From assembly GCA_046483305.1 (NCBI GenBank), contig JAWODM010000024.1, positions 1 through 64,000 on the forward strand: 64,000 nt of DNA, read 5' to 3'. The DNA is from Candidatus Krumholzibacteriales bacterium. Its GTDB lineage: Bacteria > Krumholzibacteriota > Krumholzibacteriia > Krumholzibacteriales > WJIX01. Under the pieces are notes generated by a model. It had not been told where the DNA came from, made no database searches, and saw only the letters and a program-made list of their open reading frames with translations. Both the position numbers and the translations under genes were made by a program. Shown piece after piece: positions 29,801 to 38,694 of the stretch; the stretch's first letter is position 1, and each line of letters begins with the position of its first letter.

Positions 29801-31690
29801 TTAAACCTGTTCATCTCCTGAAATCCCCTTGAGATGTTTATTCAGGAATTTCAGGATCTCTCCGTATCCCTCTATCTTGTTCTCCCGTTTCATGAACCCG
29901 TGGCCCTCATCTTCAAAAACCAGATACCTGACATCCACACCGTTTTCCCTGACCGCTTCCACTATCTCGTCCGATTCAACTTTCAGCACCCGGGGATCGT
30001 TGGCGCCCTGCAGTACCATCAGCGGCCTGGTTATCCTGTCCGCGTGAAAGAGCGGAGAAATCTTCCTCAGGTACTCCTCATCCCTTTCGGGGTCTCCCAT
30101 CTCCTCATACAGGGCCTCGCGGTAACTCTCCCACCAGTCCGGAATGCTCCTGAGGGTCCTGAGCCAGTTCGATACCCCGAAAATGTCCACTCCGGCGGCA
30201 AATTCTTCGGGCCTGAAACTCAAAGCCGCCAGTACCATATACCCTCCGTAGCTTCCTCCCATAATTCCGATCTTCTCAGGATCAACCCTGCCGGTCCCGA
30301 CAAGAAACTCCTTCCCCTCCACGCAGTCTGCGAGGTCGTCCTGTCCGTGTTTCCTGTCGTCAAGCTTGTAGAACCTCTTTCCGTACCCGGAGCTCCCGCG
30401 GTTATTTACCGCCAGCACGGCGTACCCGTGGTTTGCCAGGAACTGAATTACCGAGTTGTAACCTACCCTGGACTGGCCCCCGGGGCCGCCGTGTACCATT
30501 ACCAGTCCCGGCACCCTGTTGTCCTCATCCGCCTCCCCGGGCATGTAAAGTATCGCTGGTATTTCCAGCCCGTCGAAGGATTCGTACCTGACCACTTCAG
30601 CCTCTACCAGGTCGTCCTTATCGATCTCCGGATTCATGGTATCGGTCAGCCTCCTGTAGACGCCGTTTTCAAGATTGTATATGTATAGATTATTGGGGGA
30701 GGTAGAACCGTTCACATAGAAGCGCATCAGTTCCTCGCTCCTGGATATACCCACGGAAGTGATCACTCCCTCCGGGAGATCGGGAAGGCTCACCAGTTCC
30801 CCCTTCTCTCTGTCGCGGACCCTTATCCCGGTCCTGCCGTCCCGGTTGATCGCGGTAACCCTGTACTTTCCCCCCCGGGAAAGAAGTGAATAGGTTATAT
30901 CCCAGTCTGCCTCTTCGACCTTTTCAGTCTTTCCGGTTTCAATATCATAAATCTTCAGGTAGATGAACTGACTTCCTTCGTCGGTAAGGAAAAAGAGTTT
31001 CCCTGAATCGACACTGAAACCGGAAGGGGTGTTTCTGACATCTCTCTGGTGCCCGGTTATCAGCTCAACTTCACCGGTCTTTCGGTCATAGAGGTAGATA
31101 TCGATATCGGTCCGGGTTCTCTCCCTGGAGAATGCAACATAACGCATATCATTGGAGACCGCCCCGAAGTCCAGGCCGGCGTCATTGACATAGAGCATCT
31201 CTGGCTCGAAACTCTCTATGTCCATGGTATATACATCCATGTAACGGCTGTCACGTTTATTGGACCCGAAAATGATCATACTTTCGTCGTGGCTCCAGCC
31301 GTAAAAGACTGACCTGGCGTTCTCCCAGGGCGTCAGGTCCCTGACCTTCCCATCCAGACCCATCATATAAATGTGATAGATCTCGTTTCCGCCGGTGTCG
31401 CTCAGGAAAAGAAACCGGTCGTCACCGGGGAAGTAACTGAGGGTGAACACGGAATTGTCATCGGAATCTGTCAGCTGCTTGATCTTCCCTCCCTTTACCG
31501 GTATCGAAAAAGCGTTATAGACACCCGTTCTGTCGCTTGTGAAGAGGACTCTCTTTTCATCCGCGCTGAAAGAGCCGCCCAGAACCTGTTCTGTATTCAT
31601 GAACTGTTCTATGGTGTAGCGCTCAACCTCATCCGAGCAGCCCGGGACGAAAATTAAAACAATTAATATAATATTAACGGCCGTTCTCAT
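29801..31690 (-). CDS. S9 family (acylaminoacyl / prolyl oligo-) peptidase, lipoprotein
   Basis: Lipobox VPG-C; beta-propeller; HGGPG, GGSYGG, NDPRV, DEGHGF. Confidence 0.92.
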   Translation of the reverse strand: MRTAVNIILIVLIFVPGCSDEVERYTIEQFMNTEQVLGGSFSADEKRVLFTSDRTGVYNAFSIPVKGGKIKQLTDSDDNSVFTLSYFPGDDRFLFLSDTGGNEIYHIYMMGLDGKVRDLTPWENARSVFYGWSHDESMIIFGSNKRDSRYMDVYTMDIESFEPEMLYVNDAGLDFGAVSNDMRYVAFSRERTRTDIDIYLYDRKTGEVELITGHQRDVRNTPSGFSVDSGKLFFLTDEGSQFIYLKIYDIETGKTEKVEEADWDITYSLLSRGGKYRVTAINRDGRTGIRVRDREKGELVSLPDLPEGVITSVGISRSEELMRFYVNGSTSPNNLYIYNLENGVYRRLTDTMNPEIDKDDLVEAEVVRYESFDGLEIPAILYMPGEADEDNRVPGLVMVHGGPGGQSRVGYNSVIQFLANHGYAVLAVNNRGSSGYGKRFYKLDDRKHGQDDLADCVEGKEFLVGTGRVDPEKIGIMGGSYGGYMVLAALSFRPEEFAAGVDIFGVSNWLRTLRSIPDWWESYREALYEEMGDPERDEEYLRKISPLFHADRITRPLMVLQGANDPRVLKVESDEIVEAVRENGVDVRYLVFEDEGHGFMKRENKIEGYGEILKFLNKHLKGISGDEQV

Positions 31691-32007
31691 CCTATCTCCT
31701 CTCGCAGGGAGTGATCATATTAATCCCTACACTAACTTATACATTAATATATTAAACAGTTCCAATTCTTTCTACAGCCAAAAGGGAAGGCGCCGATATA
31801 TTCCGCGCGCACTATACCTGTCAGCTTGCTCCCCGGCCCGGGGACCAGCCCTCCCGGCCCCGACTCGTCTGACCGCAGCCCTGAAATTAAACCAATCATG
31901 GTCTCTACTTTAAATATCTGCCTTCAGCTGTTTCCTGGATATAATTATTAAGTTAAGACATTATAATAATTACTCTTATATGAATAACTGTCACAAATAA
32001 ACAGCAA

Positions 32008-32064
32008 TGCCTTTATGACATGTCAAATATGTATTTGCTGTCAGCACAAGCTGCCAAAATGGCA
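32008..32064. promoter_or_regulatory. Candidate enhancer-binding-protein sites upstream of hsp20
   Basis: TGCCTTTATGACA (32008-20), TGACATGTCA (32016-25), perfect TGCCA-AAA-TGGCA (32052-64), about 100-150 bp upstream of the -24/-12 box. Confidence 0.55.
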
Positions 32065-32159
32065 TTAATATCATGTTCGTTTTGCGGCTTTTCCAAAAGC
32101 TTCAGCGGACATGCTCTATAACTAGTTGTTATATTACACATTACATAACCTTAAAATTG

Positions 32160-32176
32160 TTGGCATGGAAGATGCA
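32160..32176 (+). promoter_or_regulatory. sigma54 (-24/-12) promoter of hsp20
   Basis: TTGGCATGGAAGATGCA matches TGGCAYG-N4-NTGCW; AT-rich upstream DNA. Confidence 0.7.
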
Positions 32177-32244
32177 ATAATTATTCAGCGAGTGTGAAAA
32201 AGATGGTGATGAAAAACGAGAAACAGAGAAAAAGGAGGTAAGAG

Positions 32245-32682
32245 ATGAGTCTTATCAAATGGAATCCCGGAAGAATGCTGAGGCCTTTGGATTTCGAAAG
32301 CCTTTTTGACAACTTTTTCGACAATGCCCCTTATCCCGTAAAGAGGGATGACATCTGGATGCCGAGAGTCGATGTCCAGGAGATGGATGACAGGTTCGAA
32401 GTTAATGCCGAACTGCCTGGCATGAAGAAAGAGGATATCGATATAGGGCTTCAGGAAGACAGGCTGACTATCAAGGGTCAGAAGGAAACCGAAGAGGAAA
32501 CCAACAACAAGAAATATTACATCCGCGAAAGGGTTTGCGGTAAGTTCGAGAGAAGCTTCACCCTTCCCGAGAATGTGGACAAAGACAAGATAGAAGCCAA
32601 ATTCAAAGACGGTGTCCTCAAGCTCGAGATCCCCAAGACCGAAGTTCCTCAGAAGGAGGAGGTCAAAATAAAAGTTAAGTGA
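32245..32682 (+). CDS. Small heat shock protein Hsp20/alpha-crystallin family
   Basis: WMPRVDV, AELPGMKKEDI, ERVCGKFERSFTLP, KDGVL, IKVK tail; AAGGAGG RBS. Confidence 0.96.
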   Translation: MSLIKWNPGRMLRPLDFESLFDNFFDNAPYPVKRDDIWMPRVDVQEMDDRFEVNAELPGMKKEDIDIGLQEDRLTIKGQKETEEETNNKKYYIRERVCGKFERSFTLPENVDKDKIEAKFKDGVLKLEIPKTEVPQKEEVKIKVK

Positions 32683-32715
32683 TTACGCTCCTTTCATTGG
32701 CAGCGGGATAAGACG

Positions 32716-32751
32716 AAGAGGCAGGAATTTGAATCTCCTGCCTCTTTTTTG
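32716..32751 (+). terminator. Rho-independent terminator of hsp20
   Basis: AAGAGGCAGGA-9nt-TCCTGCCTCTT followed by a T tract. Confidence 0.85.
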
Positions 32752-32776
32752 TTATTAGCCCGCTCCCTCAGAGTTC

Positions 32777-32971
32777 CAGGAGTTTCCCCAAAAAATAAGC
32801 CAGAATGTCGGCAAGGTAATCTTTAATAACAACTTAGTTTTGATAGCAACTGGAATCGGCCTTAAGCATTGATAGAAGCGGCTGAGTGATTAATCTTATA
32901 TTAATCACTCAGCCGCAAACCAAACGAATAATTAAACTACCTGATATATTTTAAAATTTGGGAAACTCCAA
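32777..32971. mobile_element. MITE-like non-autonomous element, 195 bp
   Basis: Direct repeat CTCAGAGTTC at 32767-76 and 32972-81; terminal inverted repeats caGGAGTTTCCCCAAA / TTTGGGAAACTCCaa; AT-rich interior. Confidence 0.7.
32878..32916. repeat. Perfect 17-bp-arm hairpin inside the MITE
   Basis: GCGGCTGAGTGATTAAT-CTTAT-ATTAATCACTCAGCCGC. Confidence 0.9.
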
Positions 32972-32979
32972 CTCAGAGT

Positions 32980-33435
32980 TCACCTTGACCATACACCCTT
33001 TTTCTTCTTATCCTGCTCTTCTTCCTTCTTCGGCTGATCCTGCTCTTTCTTATTTTCTACGGTCCCGCTCTTGACCCCGGGAAACTTCTCAGACGGCTTC
33101 TTGTCCGGGCTCATACTGCAATTTCCTTCGAAGAACACACCCTCGTCAATAACCAGCCGCTTGGTCCTTATATCACCCTCGAGTCTTGAGCCTGACTGCA
33201 GCTCAAGCTTGTCGTCGGCTTCTATATTCCCCAGCACGGTCCCACCTATAATGGCATGTTTTACCTGTATGTCGGCCTTAACGCGGCCATCCTTGCCGAC
33301 CACCAGTGTTTCGGGACAGCTGACTGTTCCCTCAAATTCGCCGTCAATTCTCACGGTCCCCTCTGTAATCTCCATAGTTCCCGTGATCTTGCATCCCTGC
33401 CCCAGGATCGAATTCATCTTTCCTTCTGCAGCCAT
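32980..33435 (-). CDS. Bactofilin (polymer-forming cytoskeletal protein)
   Basis: NSILGQGCKITG..VRIDGEFEG..LVVGKDG.VKADI..LEGDI..LVIDEGVFFEGNCSM; start MAAEG at 33435. Confidence 0.92.
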   Translation of the reverse strand: MAAEGKMNSILGQGCKITGTMEITEGTVRIDGEFEGTVSCPETLVVGKDGRVKADIQVKHAIIGGTVLGNIEADDKLELQSGSRLEGDIRTKRLVIDEGVFFEGNCSMSPDKKPSEKFPGVKSGTVENKKEQDQPKKEEEQDKKKKGVWSR

Positions 33436-33502
33436 TTTCACACCTTCCTTCTTGTTTTCCTTCACTTCTCTCTCAATTTATATAAACACAACCGGAACCG
33501 TT

Positions 33503-34267
33503 TTACAACAAATAGTTGAGAGGGTCGACATAGATGTTGTTTCTTTTCACCGCAAAATGCAGGTGCGGCGATGTGCTCTTTCCCGAATTCCCCGAGTAGG
33601 CTATGGTCTGCCCCCTGGCAACCCTTTCCCCCTTCTTGACCACTATTCTCTCATTGTGGCCGTAAACGGTCCGCAGTCCGTTACCATGTTCTATCTCTAT
33701 GGTATAACCGTAGATTTCATCCCAGCCCGATTCAACCACATACCCGGCCGCGGCGGCCCTTACCGGCTCTCCCTTCTCTACCGCAATATCAATTCCGTTG
33801 TGATATTCATTGCTGCTCTCACTGACCGAAACATTGAATTTCCTGGTTATGAAGCCTCTGACCGGCCAGAAGCTGGGAGTTGTCTGCAGCAGTGAAGTTT
33901 CCACCCTTCCATTATCAGCGCCGCGGCTGACATCTTCAGCCCTCGCGGCATCTTCTCCCCTGAGGGTATCCTCTATACCCAGCATCAGATACAGCTGTTC
34001 GTTAAGCCCCTGGATCCTTCCCATGTTAATAACTACCTGGCTCATTTTCCTGTTTCTGTCCCTCAGCTCGTCCAGTTGCCTCTGCATTGAAATCATTTCG
34101 TTGGTTTTCAGTATCAGCTTCCCGTAAGTGGCCACAAACAGGCTCACCGCGATAAACCCCACCCCCAGAACGGCCAGGATTGCATACAGAACCTTGTACG
34201 GGATCCTGTAAGTCCTGGTCTTCTTCACATCGTGCGGAACGATAATTATTGAAAGCTTGTCTTTCAT
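33503..34267 (-). CDS. Membrane-anchored M23 family endopeptidase
   Basis: N-terminal TM helix plus coiled coil; HNGIDI, YGH, STSPHLHF. Confidence 0.9.
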   Translation of the reverse strand: MKDKLSIIIVPHDVKKTRTYRIPYKVLYAILAVLGVGFIAVSLFVATYGKLILKTNEMISMQRQLDELRDRNRKMSQVVINMGRIQGLNEQLYLMLGIEDTLRGEDAARAEDVSRGADNGRVETSLLQTTPSFWPVRGFITRKFNVSVSESSNEYHNGIDIAVEKGEPVRAAAAGYVVESGWDEIYGYTIEIEHGNGLRTVYGHNERIVVKKGERVARGQTIAYSGNSGKSTSPHLHFAVKRNNIYVDPLNYLL

Positions 34268-34300
34268 AATATCTCAATCAGGCCCGGCCCGGGCTTCCGG

Positions 34301-35158
34301 TCACTCCCCGAAAGGCAGATCAAGCCCCATATTCTCGAGGACGCCCTCAAACTGCTCGTTAGAATAATAAGTTATCCTGATCACTCCGCCCTTTCTCCCC
34401 GGCTGAATTTTAACCTTTGTGCCCAGGTGTATCTCCAGCTTCTCCTCAAGAGCCCTCAACTCGGGATCTCTTTCCCTCTTCCTGGGTTTTCTCCTGCTTC
34501 CGGGCCCGGCGCCCTTCTCCAGGTCTCGTACCGTAAGCTGTTCGCTGACAACCCTTTTGGCCGCCCTTACCTTCTCCGAGTCGTCATCTATGGCCAGTAT
34601 GGCCCTGGCATGCCCTTCTGTTAAATCCCCGCTGTTTATCAGCTCCTTGACCTCTGCCGGAAGCTTGAGAAGCCTTATGGTGTTGGCGATAGTGCTTCTG
34701 CCCTTACCGAGAGCCCTTCCAATCTCCGCAGTGGAGACCCCCAGCTCTTCCTTGAGCGCTCTGAACCCCGCCGCCTTTTCGATAGGGTTCAGGTCTTCTC
34801 TCTGAAGATTCTCAAGAAGAGCCAGCTTCAATGAGTTTTCATCATCTATATCTCTTACCAGCGCCGGAATTTCCTTAAGCTCCAGGATCCTGGACGCCCT
34901 CAGCCTTCTCTCTCCTGCTACCAGCTCATACCCGCTGCCTGTCCTTCTAACCACTATCGGCTGGAGAATACCGTTCTCTCTGATTGATTCGGCCAGCTCC
35001 CGGAGCTCATTCTCCCCGAACACCTGTCTGGGCTGATGCGGGTTGGGGGCGATTTCATCAACTTTCAGATTGATAACCTTCTCGCTCGCGGAAACGTTCT
35101 CCTTTATTTCTCTGGGTATCAGAGCTTCCAATCCCCGTCCCAATACTTTCTTCCTCAT
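34301..35158 (-). CDS. parB: Chromosome partitioning protein ParB/Spo0J
   Basis: LGRGLEALI, PNPHQPR, GILQPI, VAGERRLRA, ENLQREDLNPIE. Confidence 0.96.
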   Translation of the reverse strand: MRKKVLGRGLEALIPREIKENVSASEKVINLKVDEIAPNPHQPRQVFGENELRELAESIRENGILQPIVVRRTGSGYELVAGERRLRASRILELKEIPALVRDIDDENSLKLALLENLQREDLNPIEKAAGFRALKEELGVSTAEIGRALGKGRSTIANTIRLLKLPAEVKELINSGDLTEGHARAILAIDDDSEKVRAAKRVVSEQLTVRDLEKGAGPGSRRKPRKRERDPELRALEEKLEIHLGTKVKIQPGRKGGVIRITYYSNEQFEGVLENMGLDLPFGE

Positions 35159-35973
35159 TGTTTTTTCCCTCCGACTAGCTTTTTGCCAGGTCCTCCCGCC
35201 CCCCCGGATTCGGAACCATCTCTCTTATTTATCATCTCCCGGGCGAGCTTCAGGTAACTGTTCGCTCCTACGCTCTGCACGTCGTACAGGATTACCGGCT
35301 TTCCGAAGCTGGGGCATTCACTCAACCTGACATTTCTTGGTATAACCGTTTTGTATACCTTGTCGCCAAAGTAACTTATCGCTTCGTCAGCCACCTGGGA
35401 AGAAAGCTTCAGTCTCCTGTCAAACATGGTGAGAAGGACACCGTCAACCTTCAGGTTCTCGTTAAGGTGCCTCTGAACCATTCTTATGGTACTGAGAAGC
35501 TGGCTCAGGCCCTCCAGGGCATAGTATTCACACTGAATGGGGATCAGAATCGAATCCGCGGCAGTGAGGGTGTTAAGCGTAAGAAGCCCCAGGCTGGGCG
35601 GACAGTCCAGTATAACATAATCGTACTCATCCCTTATCCCGGCAAGGGCATCCTTCATCTTCCTTTCCCGGGCCATCTGCGAAACCAGCTCTATTTCGGC
35701 TCCGGTCAATTTGGGATGAGAGGGTACCAGCTCTACCAGTTCTGTTTTCCTCACTACTTCTGAAAGCTTTGCTTCGCCGGTAAGCACTTCGTATATCGTG
35801 CTGCTCTCCTCTTCAGCCCTGACCCCCAGGCCGCTGCTGGCGTTCGCCTGCGGGTCCACATCGACCAGCAGCACCTTTTTCTCGTATACCCCCAGGCTGG
35901 CGCTCAGATTAACAGCGGTGGTTGTCTTCCCCACGCCACCCTTCTGGTTAGCAATCGCTATCACTTCACCCAT
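35155..35973 (-). CDS. parA: Chromosome partitioning ATPase ParA/Soj
   Basis: NQKGGVGKTTT, DPQANASSGLG, DCPPSLG, QCEYYALEG, IPRNVRLSE. Confidence 0.97.
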   Translation of the reverse strand: MGEVIAIANQKGGVGKTTTAVNLSASLGVYEKKVLLVDVDPQANASSGLGVRAEEESSTIYEVLTGEAKLSEVVRKTELVELVPSHPKLTGAEIELVSQMARERKMKDALAGIRDEYDYVILDCPPSLGLLTLNTLTAADSILIPIQCEYYALEGLSQLLSTIRMVQRHLNENLKVDGVLLTMFDRRLKLSSQVADEAISYFGDKVYKTVIPRNVRLSECPSFGKPVILYDVQSVGANSYLKLAREMINKRDGSESGGAGGPGKKLVGGKKQ

Positions 35974-36092
35974 TTTGCGTTCTCTCTCCCGTTTTCCTGA
36001 CCTTTTTGCTGTTTTTCAGCTCTTACCCGGACAAGAATAAACCCTGCCGGATAATTTTGCAATGCCGAATTTTACGAAATTCTTCGCCGTAC

Positions 36093-36108
36093 CGTTTCAC
36101 GTGAAACA
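36093..36108. other. parS site 1
   Basis: CGTTTCACGTGAAACA matches the parS consensus TGTTTCACGTGAAACA. Confidence 0.92.
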
Positions 36109-36130
36109 GGGGGCTGATTTTCATGCAACC

Positions 36131-36146
36131 CGTTTCACGTGAAACG
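36131..36146. other. parS site 2
   Basis: Perfect palindrome CGTTTCACGTGAAACG. Confidence 0.92.
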
Positions 36147-36153
36147 GCAAACA

Positions 36154-36783
36154 TCAAAACTTTCTGAAAATTATTATTTTTCCCCTTCCAATTAATTCTT
36201 CTTTTTCCATCCTCATCTCCCGGACTCTGTGAGGTTCCCCGTCCATTTCCCAATCCGGCCCCTTTATTGTAATATATATACCGCCGCTCTCAAGAAGTTT
36301 TTCGGCGACAGGCAGGATCTCTGTCAACTTTCCCGCCGCCTTCGAGACAACTGCCTGAAACGGCTTAAATTCCGCTTCTGCGGCATCGCCGGCATAAATA
36401 TATAAATCTTTCAATTTTAATCTTGCCGCTTCTCTTGAAAGAAATGCGGCCATTTTGCTCTTTCTCTCTATGAGTGTAATCTCCAGCTCCGGTTTCAGCA
36501 CCTTCCAGATGATGCCGGGAAAACCTGCTCCCGGGCCGATATCAGCCACGGTTCGCCTTTCCTCTCCGGTTCTTTCAAAAGCTTTCAGCATGAGCGCCGA
36601 ATCCACAATCTGCGCTTCTATATTGCTTTCGAGGTTTTCTCTTCCCACCAGGTGGGCCTTGCCTCCAACAGCCCTTACATCCTCAATAAATGCCGCAAGT
36701 GCCGGCTCATAGTCCGCGTAGGCGGCCTCGCCGAATATGTCCCGGACTTTTCTCAGCACCCTCGTTTTCAGCTCTTCGCTCAC
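36154..36783 (-). CDS. rsmG: 16S rRNA m7G methyltransferase
   Basis: DIGPGAGFPGI; position between mnmG and parA. Confidence 0.88.
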   Translation of the reverse strand: MSEELKTRVLRKVRDIFGEAAYADYEPALAAFIEDVRAVGGKAHLVGRENLESNIEAQIVDSALMLKAFERTGEERRTVADIGPGAGFPGIIWKVLKPELEITLIERKSKMAAFLSREAARLKLKDLYIYAGDAAEAEFKPFQAVVSKAAGKLTEILPVAEKLLESGGIYITIKGPDWEMDGEPHRVREMRMEKEELIGRGKIIIFRKF

Positions 36784-38675
36784 CCTGCGCCATCTCCCTC
36801 TCCGGCTCTCTTTCCCCTTTCAAGCAGAACCATCAGAACAGAAAGGTCCGCGCTTCTTACCCCGGCAATTCTCGATGCCTGCCCCAGCGTCTCGGGGCGG
36901 AACTGCTCCAGTTTTTCCCTGGCCTCCGTACTTATGGCATCTATTTGCGCATAGTTGATTCGCTCCGGTATTCTGACATTTTCCATTTTCAGCATTCTTC
37001 TGGCGGTTCTTCTCTGCTTTTCGATATAACCCCTGTACTTCAGCCTTATTTTGAGGCTCTCCTTCTCCTTTTCCGTCAGCCGGAGCTTCCCTCCCGGCAG
37101 GTATCCTTCTATACCCTCCAGCTGAACTTCAGGCCTCAGTGCCAGCTCCCCGGCCGCTTTTCTCCCCCTGATCTTTCCACCCCGCCGCTTTCCGAGAACC
37201 TCAATGCACTCATCCGGCGTCAGTTTCTCGGAGAAGAGCCTCTCTTCAGCCCTGATGATATTCTTTCTTTCCTCAATCATCCTCTCCCACCATTTTCTTT
37301 CAAGCAGCCCTGTCTTCACCCCGTATCTGAACAGCCGCCTGTCGGCGTTATCCTGCCTGATCTGAAGCCTGTATTCAACTCTGGAAGTAAACATTCTGTA
37401 AGGCTCCGTTATCTCTTTTGTCACCAGGTCGTCTATCAGCACGCCTATGTAAGCTTCGTCCCTTCTTAATATCAGCGCTTCCCGGCCGCATATACTCAGA
37501 GCGCTGTTTATGCCCGCCATGATACCCTGAGCGGCCGCCTCTTCGTAACCCGAGGTTCCATTGATCTGGCCCGCGAAGTAGAGCCCCCTGACTCTCCTGG
37601 TTTCCATGCTTGAATGGATCTGGTTCGGGGGAAAGAAGTCGTACTCGATAGCGTATCCGTACCGTACGATCTCCGCCCTTTCAAGGCCGGGGATCTCCTT
37701 CAGCATACCTTCCTGAACATCCTTCGGCAGGCTGGTAGCAAGGCCGTTGACATATGTAAGATCTGATTCGAGGCCCTCCGGCTCCAGAAAAAGCTGATGC
37801 CTGTCCTTTTCCCTGAACCTTACCACCTTGTCCTCTATCGACGGGCAGTACCTTGGCCCGACCCCCTTGATCTGCCCGGAGAACAGCGGCGCCCTTTTAA
37901 TATTATTAAGTATAAGGTCGTGGACCCTGCTGTTCGTGTAAGTTACATGGCAGCAGGCCTGGTCCCTGTCGATACTCCCGGTCCTGTATGAGAATGGCCT
38001 CGGGTCGGGATCCCCGGGCTGGACGGTGCACCTTGAAAAATCGACCGTATCGCTTGCCAGCCTGGGCGGGGTTCCGGTTTTTAGCCGGCCCCTTCTAAAC
38101 CCTATATCCCGCAGCCTGTCCGACAGCTTCCCCGCGGGAGGCTCTCCCGCCCTTCCCCCGGCAATCTTTTCCTCGCCGGTATGCATCAGGCCGTTGGGAA
38201 ATGTTCCCAGGGTGAGAATAACCCTGCCTGCCCCTATTACTCCGCCATCCTTAACCTCCACCCCCGCAACGCTGTCTCCATCCAGAATCAGGTCCACCGC
38301 TTCATCCTCGATTATTTCCAGATTCCCCTGCTGCTTCAACGCGCCAAGCATCCTCTGATGGTAAGCGCTCTTATCCGCCTGGGCCCGGGGAGACCATACC
38401 GCTTCGCCCTTGGATCTGTTCAGCATCTTGAACTGTATCCCGGTATCGTCAATAGCCAGAGCCATTTCCCCACCCAGCGCATCTATCTCCCTCACCAGCT
38501 GGCCCTTGGCCAGCCCCCCGATCGCCGGATTGCAGGGCATTCCCGCTATATCATCCACTGTCAGCGTAATTACCAGAGTTTTGATCCCCATTCTGGCTGC
38601 CGCCAGGGCGGCCTCGCAGCCGGCATGCCCCCCTCCCACTACTATTACTCCGTATTCCCCGCCCGGTTTTGCCAT
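36780..38675 (-). CDS. mnmG: tRNA uridine-5-carboxymethylaminomethyl modification enzyme
   Basis: GGGHAGCEAA, CNPAIGG, RLKTGTPPR, GPRYCPSIEDK, GQINGTSGYEEAAAQG. Confidence 0.98.
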   Translation of the reverse strand: MAKPGGEYGVIVVGGGHAGCEAALAAARMGIKTLVITLTVDDIAGMPCNPAIGGLAKGQLVREIDALGGEMALAIDDTGIQFKMLNRSKGEAVWSPRAQADKSAYHQRMLGALKQQGNLEIIEDEAVDLILDGDSVAGVEVKDGGVIGAGRVILTLGTFPNGLMHTGEEKIAGGRAGEPPAGKLSDRLRDIGFRRGRLKTGTPPRLASDTVDFSRCTVQPGDPDPRPFSYRTGSIDRDQACCHVTYTNSRVHDLILNNIKRAPLFSGQIKGVGPRYCPSIEDKVVRFREKDRHQLFLEPEGLESDLTYVNGLATSLPKDVQEGMLKEIPGLERAEIVRYGYAIEYDFFPPNQIHSSMETRRVRGLYFAGQINGTSGYEEAAAQGIMAGINSALSICGREALILRRDEAYIGVLIDDLVTKEITEPYRMFTSRVEYRLQIRQDNADRRLFRYGVKTGLLERKWWERMIEERKNIIRAEERLFSEKLTPDECIEVLGKRRGGKIRGRKAAGELALRPEVQLEGIEGYLPGGKLRLTEKEKESLKIRLKYRGYIEKQRRTARRMLKMENVRIPERINYAQIDAISTEAREKLEQFRPETLGQASRIAGVRSADLSVLMVLLERGKRAGEGDGAG

Positions 38676-38694
38676 ATCTTTGATTCCCGTTATT

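Noticed and set aside
28305..29804. 499-aa plus-strand ORF
   Set aside because: Antisense to MoxR and DUF58; a codon-bias shadow
31780..31885. GC-rich patch in the S9-hsp20 intergenic region, considered as SRP RNA or tRNA
   Set aside because: No SRP GGAA-loop/AGCAG motif and no cloverleaf found
36023..36253. 76-aa ORF containing VSRET and FHVK
   Set aside because: These peptides are simply translations of the parS palindromes
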